Shown: positions 44,519 through 54,330 of the stretch, piece after piece
How positions within the stretch are numbered: the stretch's first letter is position 1
How the letters are laid out: the number at the start of each line of letters is the position of its first letter
Source of the DNA: an uncultured Christensenellaceae bacterium
GTDB lineage: Bacteria > Bacillota > Clostridia > Christensenellales > UBA3700
Assembly: GCA_944383895.1 (NCBI GenBank)
Contig: CALWRH010000004.1
Coordinates: forward strand, 17,287-81,286
DNA: 64,000 bases
Reading direction: 5' to 3'
Notes under the pieces: model-generated
What the model was told of the DNA's origin: nothing
Database searches by the model: none
Seen by the model: only the letters and a program-made list of their open reading frames with translations
Program-made: the position numbers and the translations under genes

Positions 44519-45360
44519 AATGCAGAGTGTGCGGTAAAGAAATAGAAGAAGGCTCCGAGTTTTGCAGATATTGCGGAGCGTCGCAGAAGAAAAAGAGAAA
44601 GCCTACCTGGAGCGAAAGAAAACGCGCCAGGGAAAAGGAAACTGCTGAAATTCTCAGAAAATCGTATATAACGGAGCAGGACGCTTTGCTCGCGGTGCCG
44701 ACAGGTACGGAAGGACTCGAAGTCAGACTTGTCGGGGATACACACGGCGAGTTCAAAAAATGCGTCGCGCTCAGCGTTCTGTACGGATTGCTGACTGCGG
44801 CGGCACTTGCGGGACTCGTGTTCTTTCAGCGCGTGGACGTACTTACGAGAACGTGGAGAGCGCTCATATCTTTTGCTATCCTTCTGTTTTTTGCCGGCAG
44901 CGGCGCGGCTTTTGCAGAAAGAGTGTACAGCGCGAAAACTTTCGGCAAAATGATGAAGTGCGTGCGCGCAGTAAAAAAAGTCAGCTACGGCAAAGCTCCT
45001 TATATAACAAACGGAGGCAAGCTTTATCAGCTTATCTGCAACGCAAAGTGCAGGATCTGCGGCATGAATATGCATATCGAAGAATTCGACGGCAGACTTT
45101 TCGAAGTGTGCGACGTAGACAGGACTCATATCTGCGTGCTGTCCACTGAAGAGATATTCAAAAATCTTCTCGGAGTGCCTGAAGAAGAATTCGGGGACGG
45201 CAACGAGAAAACGGAAGATTTGTCGGATAAGGCAGAAGGAAATTCCGTAAAAGAAGAGGCTCATAGCAGAAATCAGACCGATACGGGCAGCGACGTCAAC
45301 GTCTGTGCAGGAACGGACGAAAATGCCGATCTTACCGAAGGCAAGAAAGATAAGGACTGA
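44515..45360 (+). CDS. Zinc-ribbon membrane protein (hypothetical)
   Basis: N-terminal CRVCG...CRYCG zinc ribbon, two TM helices, a second Cys cluster CNAKCRICG...C..C, and an acidic tail. Confidence 0.7.
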   Translation: MKCRVCGKEIEEGSEFCRYCGASQKKKRKPTWSERKRAREKETAEILRKSYITEQDALLAVPTGTEGLEVRLVGDTHGEFKKCVALSVLYGLLTAAALAGLVFFQRVDVLTRTWRALISFAILLFFAGSGAAFAERVYSAKTFGKMMKCVRAVKKVSYGKAPYITNGGKLYQLICNAKCRICGMNMHIEEFDGRLFEVCDVDRTHICVLSTEEIFKNLLGVPEEEFGDGNEKTEDLSDKAEGNSVKEEAHSRNQTDTGSDVNVCAGTDENADLTEGKKDKD

Positions 45361-45576
45361 AAAGCATAATTTACGATATAACGATTTCAAACCGCTCTGA
45401 GAAGGGCGGTTTTTTCATCCGAAAAGTGAGGAAAAGTTGAGCTGTGCCGTAATAAAGGACCGTAGGTTTCCGACTTGAAAACGCAGGAATCCGCAAATTT
45501 CGGCAAGTTCAGGAAAACGGTGAAGACGTTCAGAACGACAGGTCGGCAGACAAGAGGACAAAACGGAAAATACGCT

Positions 45577-45605
45577 ATTTACAACGGGCGTGCGTTAGTG
45601 TATAA
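45577..45605 (+). promoter_or_regulatory. Sigma-A promoter for the second GPH transporter
   Basis: TTTACA (45577-45582), 17-nt spacer, TATAAT (45600-45605). Confidence 0.55.
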
Positions 45606-45640
45606 TAAATTCGACGGCGTTTTGCCGAAAAGGGGAGAAT

Positions 45641-47200
45641 ATGAACATCATCAACAAAGCGGGAGAAGTCGTAAAAGACTTTTTCAGACATTGGAACAAG
45701 CCTGCCGAAGGGAATTATGTCGGAAACAAAGAGGTTGTCGCATATTCCGTCGGAGGCATGGGCGTACAGTTTGTGGCGGCTATAAGTTCGTCCATCCTCC
45801 TTCAGGCAAACTGTATTCTTATCGGCTCGGTTTATAAACTCAAACCCACCGATCTTGCGCTGTTGCTATTGATAAATACGATTTTTTCGATAGTGATCCA
45901 GCCTTTCAAAAGCTGGCTTATAGACCATACGCCGGGCAAACAGGGCAAAGCAAGACCGTGGATACTGTGGCTCGGACCTCCTTGCGCACTGCTCATGTCG
46001 TTGATGGCGTTTATACCTCAGACCTGGAGCAAACAGCAGATATTGATATGCGTCGGAGTGCTGTACATAATAATGAACTTTATTTACCAGTTCTATCTCG
46101 GTATGTACACGCAGCTCGTTCAGCTCGAAACACCCAACACCAACGAACGCGCAAAGATAATTTCTATAAGCTCTATCGTTTACAGCCTGGCTCCCACGAT
46201 AACGGGTGCAGTGTTCCCTTTGATAGCGATGTGCTTCGACATGGGACAGGTAGATCAGAACTATTACAAAGTCATATTCCCCGTATTTTCTTTCCTCGGC
46301 TGTGGACTCAGTCTTTTCGCTTTCTTCGGAACAAAGGAACGTATCATCATGCCGCGCAGACAGGTGCAGCAAGTTAAATTTATCGACGGTTTCGTAAAGA
46401 TATGCAAAAACAGATATTTCTGGATAAATAACGTTGCGACATGGTTCGTATTCGCTCGTGCGGCGGTAACGGGCAGCATGGCGTGGGCTTACATATATAT
46501 GCTGCAGAACGAAGTCGTACAGTCCGTCGCAACGCTCGTTATAGGCACTGCGTCGCTCGTCGGTATGGTCATGGGACCTTTTATAATCAAAAAGATAGGC
46601 AAACGCAATACCGTATTGCTTACGGACGTGGCATTTGCCGCGGCAATGATCCCGCTCATATTCTACAACAATAACTTTTATATATTCGCGCTGCTTTGTT
46701 ACGTCGCCAATTGGGGCAATGCGGTGCAGATAATCACTTCGCCTGCAATGAGTGCGGACGCACTCGATTATCAGCAGTGGAAAACTGGCGACCGCCTTGA
46801 AGGCTTTTCTCAGAATTTCGCGATCATAAATTCTCTTATCGCAATGGGTACGAATTACATCATACCTTTTATCAACGAATATTTCGGACTCGTAAACGAC
46901 TATGACGTTCTTTACGACGAGTCTATACGTTCTCCTATGTTTTCCGCACTCGCGGCACTTGCCGTTGCAGGTGCGTTGCTGCATGCGGTACCGTATCTGT
47001 TCTGGAAGATGACTGAAAAAGACCAGGCAAACATGATAGAGGATCTCAAACGCCGTGCACGCGAGCAGAACGAACGCGACGGATATATCGGCGAGAGCAT
47101 ACTTTCCAGCCACGAACATCTCAACGAAGGAGATCTTTTTGCGGAAGAAGAAAAAGCCGTGCAAGAGCAATCGGCTGAAGGCGGGGAGGACAATTTATGA
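45641..47200 (+). CDS. GPH-family MFS glycoside/cation symporter
   Basis: 519 aa, about 12 TM segments, paralogous to 24535..26475 and 54331..55749. GGGGAG SD. Confidence 0.85.
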   Translation: MNIINKAGEVVKDFFRHWNKPAEGNYVGNKEVVAYSVGGMGVQFVAAISSSILLQANCILIGSVYKLKPTDLALLLLINTIFSIVIQPFKSWLIDHTPGKQGKARPWILWLGPPCALLMSLMAFIPQTWSKQQILICVGVLYIIMNFIYQFYLGMYTQLVQLETPNTNERAKIISISSIVYSLAPTITGAVFPLIAMCFDMGQVDQNYYKVIFPVFSFLGCGLSLFAFFGTKERIIMPRRQVQQVKFIDGFVKICKNRYFWINNVATWFVFARAAVTGSMAWAYIYMLQNEVVQSVATLVIGTASLVGMVMGPFIIKKIGKRNTVLLTDVAFAAAMIPLIFYNNNFYIFALLCYVANWGNAVQIITSPAMSADALDYQQWKTGDRLEGFSQNFAIINSLIAMGTNYIIPFINEYFGLVNDYDVLYDESIRSPMFSALAALAVAGALLHAVPYLFWKMTEKDQANMIEDLKRRAREQNERDGYIGESILSSHEHLNEGDLFAEEEKAVQEQSAEGGEDNL

Positions 47201-47925
47201 AAAAATCAATAAGATTTATTATCGTTTCGCTTATAATAATCGCGACGGCATTTCTTTCGTTCGCATTGACGGGTTGTAACGAATCCTTAGATATCGGAGA
47301 GGCAGAAAAAATCCTCGCAGAAGGCATAGAAAAAGCTCTTGAAAGCGATACCTATTACATAAAATACAGAATAAACAACGTGAATTCCGAAGAAGGAAAG
47401 TTCGTTCAGTACAGCCTCAACGTGGCGGAGGAAAAGACTGCAAAGTTCACCGTCGCTACGGGAGATATGCTCAAGACTGATTACAAGGACAGCTATTACG
47501 GCAAAAGTCTGAAAGAAGGAGTGAACAAGGATTCCGCAAAAGACAGCGATTACGTTACCGGTTTTCTCGAAAGCGCAAGCAACGGAAAGTGGAACATTAC
47601 GCCGTGTACTTTCGAAGAGTTCTTGACCAACGAAAAGATTTCTGCCTATAATATGGATAGCGTGACGGCATTGCTGAAAGATATTCCCGAGGGGCAGCTC
47701 GAGATAGTATCTGCGACAAGAACGGGTAAAGTAGTATACATAAACGTTAAAGTAAAAGACCAAAACAATATGCTTTCCGCTTACGAAAGCGTCAATATCC
47801 GCGTGATAAACGGCAAACTCAGTTACATAGGCGACGTAAAGGAAAGTTTTGACATAAGCATTGCTTTCGGAGGACCAAAAATAACGGTACCCGTATGGAG
47901 TGCAACAAATGAAAAAGGAGAATAA
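47197..47925 (+). CDS. Hypothetical lipoprotein
   Basis: Signal peptide plus lipobox LTGCNE. ATGA overlap with the transporter gene. I recognise no family. Confidence 0.75.
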   Translation: MKKSIRFIIVSLIIIATAFLSFALTGCNESLDIGEAEKILAEGIEKALESDTYYIKYRINNVNSEEGKFVQYSLNVAEEKTAKFTVATGDMLKTDYKDSYYGKSLKEGVNKDSAKDSDYVTGFLESASNGKWNITPCTFEEFLTNEKISAYNMDSVTALLKDIPEGQLEIVSATRTGKVVYINVKVKDQNNMLSAYESVNIRVINGKLSYIGDVKESFDISIAFGGPKITVPVWSATNEKGE

Positions 47926-47926
47926 A

Positions 47927-49534
47927 ATGAAAGAGATCATCCCAAGACCGCAATCGTATATAGCGGCAAAGAACGGAGGAACGTTCGATCTCGCAAGGAT
48001 AGACGGGCTTGACGTCGACGGCAAGTTTGCTGTCACAGAACCCGTGATAAGAGAAATCCTCGAGCAGGGGCTCGGGAAAAAATTGGGTAAAGAAGGAGAG
48101 TGCGTGCTCAGAATAGGTTTTGCCAGCGAACTCGCTCCGCAGAGTTACCGCATAGAGGTGGACGAAAACGGCGTATCCGTAGTGGCAGGCGACGCGGCGG
48201 GCGCGCTTTATGCCGTGCAGTCTTTCAGAGTCGGCGCGATGCTCAACACGCCTTATCAGGATACCGTCGTACCGTGCGGTAAACTCAATGACTATCCCCG
48301 TTATAAATGGCGCGGAATACTGCTCGACGAGGCAAGGCATTTCTTCGGAGAGAAAGAGGTCAAAAAGCTCCTCGACATTATGTGCATGCACAAACTCAAC
48401 GTTCTGCATTGGCATCTGACTGACGATCAGGGCTGGAGAATAGAGATAAAGAAATATCCTCTGCTTACCGAAATCGGTTCTTCCCGCGAAAGATCGCAGA
48501 TACACGGCTGGCAGTCTACCGACGTGGACGACGTGCCCGTAAGCGGATACTATACGCAGGAAAAGATCAGAGAGATAGTGGAATATGCAGCCGCAAGGGG
48601 CATTTCTATAATACCCGAGATAGACATGCCCGCTCATCTTGCAGCGGCGATGGCGGCTTATCCGTGGCTCGGCTGCAGAGAGATAAAGAGAGATCCTCAT
48701 TATTATTTCGGAGGCAAGATCCCGCTTTCTCAGGGTATAAAGGATTGGAACAGGAGCGCGTGCATAGGCAAGCCGACGACGCTCGAGTTTATTCGCGGAG
48801 TAATAGACGAGATATGCGAGCTGTTCCCTGCACCTTATTTCCATATCGGAGGCGACGAAGCTCCGAAAGAAGAGTGGAAGAATTGCCCCGCATGTCAGGA
48901 GCTCATTAGATCTCTCGGTCTGAAAAACGAGAAACAACTTCAGGGTTGGTTTATAAACGAAGTCGCTAAGTATGTCAGAAGTAAAGGCAGAAGACTTATC
49001 GGCTGGAACGAAGTTCTCGAAGGCAACAATCTCGAAAATGACGTTATAGTTCAGTATTGGACTCCCGCACGCGACAACAAAGTGCTCCGTCACGTCAAAC
49101 ACGGCGGAAACGTTGTGATAAGCAAGCACAAATATTTCTATTTCGATATGCCTTACGCGCTGTATCCTTTGAGAAACACCTATATGTTCAATCCGTATTT
49201 CGAAGGATTCACGTCGAGGGACGACAACAGCGTAAAAGGTATAGAGGGCGCGTTGTGGACAGAGTGGATATCCACTCCGTCAAAGCTCGAATTTCAGCTT
49301 TTCCCGCGTATGGAAGCGCTTGCGGAAGTATCCTGGTACGGCGGCCCGAAAAACTACAAGAAATTTTTGCAGAGAGTCAGGGATTATAAGCCTCTTCTCG
49401 ACATGTACGGCGTGAATTATGCAAAAGAAGAGATATACCGTCCTGCGAATCCTTTCAAAAGAGTAAATGCTATACGCACATGGTACGGCGGCAACGAGAA
49501 CGTAGAGTACGAAAAAAACGACAACAAATACTGA
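47927..49534 (+). CDS. Beta-N-acetylhexosaminidase (GH20), second copy
   Basis: HWHLTDDQGWRIEI, IPEIDMPAHL, FHIGGDE. The ATG at 47927 follows an AAGGAG SD (the track start at 47900 overlaps the upstream gene). Confidence 0.9.
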   Translation: MKEIIPRPQSYIAAKNGGTFDLARIDGLDVDGKFAVTEPVIREILEQGLGKKLGKEGECVLRIGFASELAPQSYRIEVDENGVSVVAGDAAGALYAVQSFRVGAMLNTPYQDTVVPCGKLNDYPRYKWRGILLDEARHFFGEKEVKKLLDIMCMHKLNVLHWHLTDDQGWRIEIKKYPLLTEIGSSRERSQIHGWQSTDVDDVPVSGYYTQEKIREIVEYAAARGISIIPEIDMPAHLAAAMAAYPWLGCREIKRDPHYYFGGKIPLSQGIKDWNRSACIGKPTTLEFIRGVIDEICELFPAPYFHIGGDEAPKEEWKNCPACQELIRSLGLKNEKQLQGWFINEVAKYVRSKGRRLIGWNEVLEGNNLENDVIVQYWTPARDNKVLRHVKHGGNVVISKHKYFYFDMPYALYPLRNTYMFNPYFEGFTSRDDNSVKGIEGALWTEWISTPSKLEFQLFPRMEALAEVSWYGGPKNYKKFLQRVRDYKPLLDMYGVNYAKEEIYRPANPFKRVNAIRTWYGGNENVEYEKNDNKY

Positions 49535-49593
49535 GAAGTTCTGCGTCTTAGAACGCAGGGAAGATACAAAAACACATTTAGAGTGTATTATCG

Positions 49594-49621
49594 GACGCGC
49601 GGTATGACCGCGCGTCTTTTT
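49594..49621 (+). terminator. Intrinsic terminator after GH20-2
   Basis: GACGCGCGG-TATGA-CCGCGCGTC followed by T5. Confidence 0.85.
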
Positions 49622-49682
49622 GCGTATTGAAATCCTTAATCGCGTGTGATATAATAAAACCAACAAACAAAAGGGGAAACAT

Positions 49683-51113
49683 ATGAAAAAAATCGTAATT
49701 ATCGGTGCGGGCGTGGTAGGATGTTCGATCGCGAGAGAACTGAGCCGCTACGACGCGAAAATAACCGTTCTCGAAAGGGCGAACGATGTGGCTTGCGGTA
49801 CTACAAAAGCCAACTCGGGCGTCGTGCACGGCGGTTTCGACGCAAAACCGGGTTCGCTTAAGGCAAAATATAACGTGCTCGGCAACGCGATGTTCGACAG
49901 GCTCGCAAAAGAGCTCGATTTCCCGTTCAGGCGCAACGGCGCGTACGTCCTCTGCTTTGACGACACAAAATGGGACGGCTTGAAAAAGCTGTACGATCAG
50001 GGCATAGAAAACGGGGTAAAAGATCTCAGAGTCGTAACGGGCGACGAGGTGAGGGAGAGAGAACCTTACGTTTCAAAAGAAGTGAAAGGTGCGCTGTGGT
50101 GTCCGTCGTCGGGCATTGTCAGCCCTTACGAAATGACTATCGCCTATGCCGAAAACGCTGCTAAAAACGGCGTTGAGTTCGTCTTTGAAAAGAACGTTGA
50201 AAAACTCGTGCAGACAGACGGAAAGATACAGGTCGTCTGCTCGGACGGCGACGTTTACGAAGGCGACGTCGTGGTAAACTGCGCGGGGCTGCACAGCGAC
50301 GATCTCAACAACACTATCTGCGACAAGAAATACAAAATCGTGCCGAGAAAAGGCGAATACATGCTGCTCGACAAGACGTCGGGATATCTCACGGGCACTA
50401 CGCTATTCCAGCTGCCTACCGCAATGGGCAAAGGCATACTCGTCGTGCCGAGCGTACACGGCAATATACTGCTCGGACCTACCGCGGTGGATATAGAGGA
50501 CAAAGAGTGCAAGGATACCACTTACGACGGCTTAGCGGAGGCATTTGACAAGGCGCGCATCACTATGCCGTCGCTTACCAAAAAAACGGTTATCACGCAG
50601 TTTACGGGACTGCGCGCACATGCGGATGCGGGCGACTTCGTGATAAGTTTTGCAAAAGACGGCGTTCCCCTTTACAACCTGATAGGCATAGAGAGCCCGG
50701 GACTTACTGCCGCTCCCGCCATCGCGGTGCAGGCGGCTAAGGATATTTCCGCTTATCTCGGACTTGACGCGAACAAGGCGTTCGACCCGATAAGAAAGGG
50801 TATCCCTTGTTTTGCAACCATGACGGAAAGCGAAAGAGCGGAGATAATAAAGAAAAATCCGCTTTACGGCAGGATAGTATGCCGTTGCGAAGTGGTTACC
50901 GAAGGCGAAATAGTCGACAGTATCAACAGACCCGTCGGTGCAAAAGACCTCGACGGAGTAAAAAGACGTACCCGCGCGGGCATGGGCAGATGCCAGAGCG
51001 GATTCTGTTCGGAACGCGTTATGGAGATAATCGCGAGAGAGCGCGGCATTGACATGACCGAAGTTACCAAGAGCGGAAAGGGATCCGAGATCCTCGTGGG
51101 GAGGGTAGAGTGA
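49683..51113 (+). CDS. FAD-dependent glycerol-3-phosphate dehydrogenase/oxidase-like protein with BFD-like 2Fe-2S domain
   Basis: IVIIGAGVVGCSIA dinucleotide motif. C-terminal CRCEVVTEGEI BFD-type motif. First gene of a cluster that ends in glpK. Confidence 0.8.
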   Translation: MKKIVIIGAGVVGCSIARELSRYDAKITVLERANDVACGTTKANSGVVHGGFDAKPGSLKAKYNVLGNAMFDRLAKELDFPFRRNGAYVLCFDDTKWDGLKKLYDQGIENGVKDLRVVTGDEVREREPYVSKEVKGALWCPSSGIVSPYEMTIAYAENAAKNGVEFVFEKNVEKLVQTDGKIQVVCSDGDVYEGDVVVNCAGLHSDDLNNTICDKKYKIVPRKGEYMLLDKTSGYLTGTTLFQLPTAMGKGILVVPSVHGNILLGPTAVDIEDKECKDTTYDGLAEAFDKARITMPSLTKKTVITQFTGLRAHADAGDFVISFAKDGVPLYNLIGIESPGLTAAPAIAVQAAKDISAYLGLDANKAFDPIRKGIPCFATMTESERAEIIKKNPLYGRIVCRCEVVTEGEIVDSINRPVGAKDLDGVKRRTRAGMGRCQSGFCSERVMEIIARERGIDMTEVTKSGKGSEILVGRVE

Positions 51114-52372
51114 TGAGCGTAAAAAATCTGATTATAATTGGCGGCGGTCCGGCTGGACTCGCTGCGGCGAAAAGCGCGTACGACGCGGGCGAAAGAGATA
51201 TACTTATCCTCGAGAGAGAGGACAAGCTGGGCGGAATACTCAATCAGTGTATCCACAACGGATTCGGTCTGCATACGTTCAAAGAAGAACTGACGGGTCC
51301 CGAATACGCGGCGCGTTACATCGACGAAGTGCTCGAAAGAAAGATAGAGTACAAACTCGGCACCACGGTGCTCAGCATAGACAAGAACAAACGCGTGACG
51401 TGCGCTAACGAACAGGACGGTCTGCTCGTATACGAGGCAAAGGCGATAATACTCGCGTGCGGATGCAGAGAAAGACCGAGAGGCGCGATAAACATCGCCG
51501 GCTGCAGAGCCGCGGGTATTTTCAGCGCGGGCACGGCGCAGAAACTTATCAACATAGACGGATATATGCCGGGCAAAGAAGTAGTTATACTCGGCAGCGG
51601 CGATATAGGTCTGATAATGGCTCGCCGTATGACTTTCCAGGGCGCAAAAGTCAAGGCGGTAGTGGAACTCATGCCGTATTCTTCGGGACTCAACAGAAAT
51701 ATCGTGCAATGTCTTAACGACTTCGATATACCTTTGATGTTCTCTCATACGGTGGTGGATATAAAAGGCAAAGGCAGAGTGTCATCCGTAGTCATAGCGG
51801 CGGTCGACGACAAGCTCAATCCGATAAAAGGCACGGAACAGGAGATAAAATGCGATACGCTTTTGCTCAGCGTAGGACTTCTGCCCGAAAACGAACTGTC
51901 CAAGATGGCGGACGTCGCACTCAGCCCGATAACGGGAGGAGCGATAGTCGACGACGACATGATGACTGAGGCGGACGGAATTTTCGCGTGCGGAAACGTC
52001 CTGCACGTCCACGATCTCGTTGACTTCGTCAGCGAAGAGAGCGAGTGGGCGGGAAGACGCGCCGCGGCTTATATCAAAGGCGAAAAGGTGAACGGAGAAA
52101 AGGTCGGCATCGACGCAAAAGACGGAGTAAGGTACGTTGTCCCGCAGTTTGTTAACAAAGACGGCGACGAACTACTCAAACTCAAAATGCGCGTAGGAAA
52201 CGTCTACAAAGACGTAAAGCTGTGCGTGGTATGCGACGGAGAAGAAGTCTATGCGAGAAAATGCAGGATAGTCACTCCGGGAGAGATGGAAACCATCAAT
52301 CTGAACGAAAAACAAACACGGGCACTGAAAAATTGTAAACAGGCGGTAGTTTGCCTGAAGGCGGTGAAATGA
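51110..52372 (+). CDS. NAD(P)/FAD-dependent pyridine-nucleotide-disulfide-type oxidoreductase
   Basis: IIIGGGPAGLAAA and a second Rossmann motif, VVILGSGDIGL. 4-nt overlap with the upstream gene. Confidence 0.8.
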   Translation: MMSVKNLIIIGGGPAGLAAAKSAYDAGERDILILEREDKLGGILNQCIHNGFGLHTFKEELTGPEYAARYIDEVLERKIEYKLGTTVLSIDKNKRVTCANEQDGLLVYEAKAIILACGCRERPRGAINIAGCRAAGIFSAGTAQKLINIDGYMPGKEVVILGSGDIGLIMARRMTFQGAKVKAVVELMPYSSGLNRNIVQCLNDFDIPLMFSHTVVDIKGKGRVSSVVIAAVDDKLNPIKGTEQEIKCDTLLLSVGLLPENELSKMADVALSPITGGAIVDDDMMTEADGIFACGNVLHVHDLVDFVSEESEWAGRRAAAYIKGEKVNGEKVGIDAKDGVRYVVPQFVNKDGDELLKLKMRVGNVYKDVKLCVVCDGEEVYARKCRIVTPGEMETINLNEKQTRALKNCKQAVVCLKAVK

Positions 52373-52731
52373 TGAGAGAGATGATTTGTATATGCTGTCC
52401 TATGGGGTGCAGACTTACCGTTGACGACAGCGACGTCAACAACGTAAAAGTGAGCGGCAACACTTGTCCGAGAGGCGAAAAGTACGGAAAAGAAGAAGTA
52501 GTATGCCCCAAGCGCATGGTCACTTCTGTCGTAAGAGTTAAAGGCGGAGATGTCGCCATGGTCAGCGTAAAGACTAAAGAAGCGATTGAAAAATCCAGGA
52601 TATTCGACGCTCTCGACGCGCTCAAAGGCGTAGAGGTGAAAGCTCCCGTAAAGATAGGGGACGTCATCGTAAAAGACGTGCTCGGCAGCGGGGTCGATTT
52701 TATTGCGACAAAAAACGTCGCCGCACGCTGA
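52369..52731 (+). CDS. DUF1667 domain protein
   Basis: MICICCPMGC...GNTCPRGEKY pattern. ATGA overlap with the upstream gene (the track's TTG at 52351 is rejected). Confidence 0.75.
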   Translation: MMREMICICCPMGCRLTVDDSDVNNVKVSGNTCPRGEKYGKEEVVCPKRMVTSVVRVKGGDVAMVSVKTKEAIEKSRIFDALDALKGVEVKAPVKIGDVIVKDVLGSGVDFIATKNVAAR

Positions 52732-52755
52732 CTTTGTCAGATAAGAGGTGAGATT

Positions 52756-54237
52756 ATGGCAAAATACGTCATGTCGATAGATCAGGGAACTACGAGTTCG
52801 AGGGCTATCGTTTTCGATAAAAAGGGCAATATTATAGCTAAGGCTCAGAAGGAGTTCAGACAGATATATCCTCACGAAGGCTGGGTCGAGCACGATCCCG
52901 AAGAAATACTTTCGGGGGTAAAAGAAGTCGTTGCTGCGGTGCTTGACAGCGTCGGGGCGGACAATATCGATTGCATAGGCATCACCAATCAGCGCGAAAC
53001 GGTCGTCGTCTGGGATAAAAATACGGGAAAGCCCGTCTACAACGCGATAGTATGGCAGTGCAGGCGCACGGCGGATTACTGCGATACTCTGAAACAGGCG
53101 GGACTCGAAAAGCTTATTTACGCCAAGACGGGACTGCAGATAGACGCGTATTTCAGCGCGACAAAGATAAGATGGATACTGCAGAACGTAGAAGGAGTGA
53201 AAAAGCGTGCGGAAAACGGAGAGCTGCTTTTCGGCACGATGGATACCTATGTGATGTGGAATCTTTCGGGAGGAAAGATCTTCGCTACGGACTACACCAA
53301 CGCGAGCAGGACAATGCTCTTCAATATCCACGATATGGCATGGGACGACGATCTGACGGAGATGTTCGACATACCTGCGTCGATGTTCCCCGAGGTGTAT
53401 CCGTCGGGTCACCGTTACGGAGTTACCGATACGTCGGTTACGGGCAGAGAAATACCGATTTGCGGTGTCGCGGGAGATCAGCAAGCCGCGCTTTACGGAC
53501 ACCTGTGCACAAAAAAAGGCAGCATAAAGAATACATACGGTACGGGTTGTTTCGTGCTTATGAACACGGGCGACGAGCCGATAGAATCCAAACGCGGACT
53601 CGTTACCACGGTCGCCGCGAGCAGTGACGGACAGAAACCGCAATACGTTCTCGAAGGCAGCGTTTTCGTCGGAGGAGCCGTCATACAGTGGCTGAGAGAT
53701 GAGCTTAAGATAATAAATTCTTCTCCGGAAACGGAGGAGATAGCAATGAGCGTCAAGGACACTGGCGGAGTGTATCTGGTGCCCGCTTTCGTAGGGCTCG
53801 GCGCGCCGCATTGGGACGCAAGGGCGAGAGGACTGATAACGGGCATAACGCGCGGCACGTCGAGAGCTCATATAGTGAGGGCGGCGCTCGAGTCGATAGC
53901 GTACCAGGTCGTCGACGTAATGCACGCCATGCAGAGCGACGCGGGATGCAAGATATCTGCTCTCAGCGTTGACGGCGGAGCATGCGCAAACAACTTCCTT
54001 ATGCAGTTTCAGGCCGATATCCTCAATTGCAGCGTAGTCAGACCCAAGATAATAGAAACGACTGCTCTCGGCGTCGCGTATCTTGCGGGACTTAATACGG
54101 GGTATTGGAAAGACGAAGACGAGATAAGAGAGAACGTGGGAGTAGAGCGCGTTTTCGAGCCGAATATGTCGCGTAAAAAGCGCAACGATCTGCTCATGGG
54201 CTGGGCGGACAGTATTGCGAGGACGAAATTCCGCTGA
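52756..54237 (+). CDS. glpK: Glycerol kinase
   Basis: 493 aa. [14 protein letters not shown] and GDQQAALYG motifs. Full-length FGGY kinase. Confidence 0.95.
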   Translation: MAKYVMSIDQGTTSSRAIVFDKKGNIIAKAQKEFRQIYPHEGWVEHDPEEILSGVKEVVAAVLDSVGADNIDCIGITNQRETVVVWDKNTGKPVYNAIVWQCRRTADYCDTLKQAGLEKLIYAKTGLQIDAYFSATKIRWILQNVEGVKKRAENGELLFGTMDTYVMWNLSGGKIFATDYTNASRTMLFNIHDMAWDDDLTEMFDIPASMFPEVYPSGHRYGVTDTSVTGREIPICGVAGDQQAALYGHLCTKKGSIKNTYGTGCFVLMNTGDEPIESKRGLVTTVAASSDGQKPQYVLEGSVFVGGAVIQWLRDELKIINSSPETEEIAMSVKDTGGVYLVPAFVGLGAPHWDARARGLITGITRGTSRAHIVRAALESIAYQVVDVMHAMQSDAGCKISALSVDGGACANNFLMQFQADILNCSVVRPKIIETTALGVAYLAGLNTGYWKDEDEIRENVGVERVFEPNMSRKKRNDLLMGWADSIARTKFR

Positions 54238-54270
54238 AAGCTGCCCGGATAACCAAAACGACGTATTTTA

Positions 54271-54299
54271 TTGCATTACATTAAAAATAGTGGTACAAT
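54271..54299 (+). promoter_or_regulatory. Extended -10 promoter for the third GPH transporter
   Basis: TTGCAT (54271-54276), 17-nt spacer ending in TGG, TACAAT (54294-54299). Confidence 0.6.
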
Positions 54300-54330
54300 C
54301 AACGGGTACGTCGCAAGGAGAGTTTATCTT

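Noticed and set aside
45475-45837. 120-aa plus-strand ORF upstream of and overlapping the second MFS gene.
   Set aside because: It has a TTG start, is R/K/G-rich and low-complexity, runs across the TTTACA-17-TATAAT promoter and is out of frame with the transporter. It has no SD.
54271-54330. The ORF-track N-terminal extension of the third MFS transporter (TTG at 54271).
   Set aside because: That TTG is the first base of the -35 hexamer TTGCAT of an extended -10 promoter. The SD AAGGAGAG at 54315 points to the TTG at 54331 (or the ATG at 54358).
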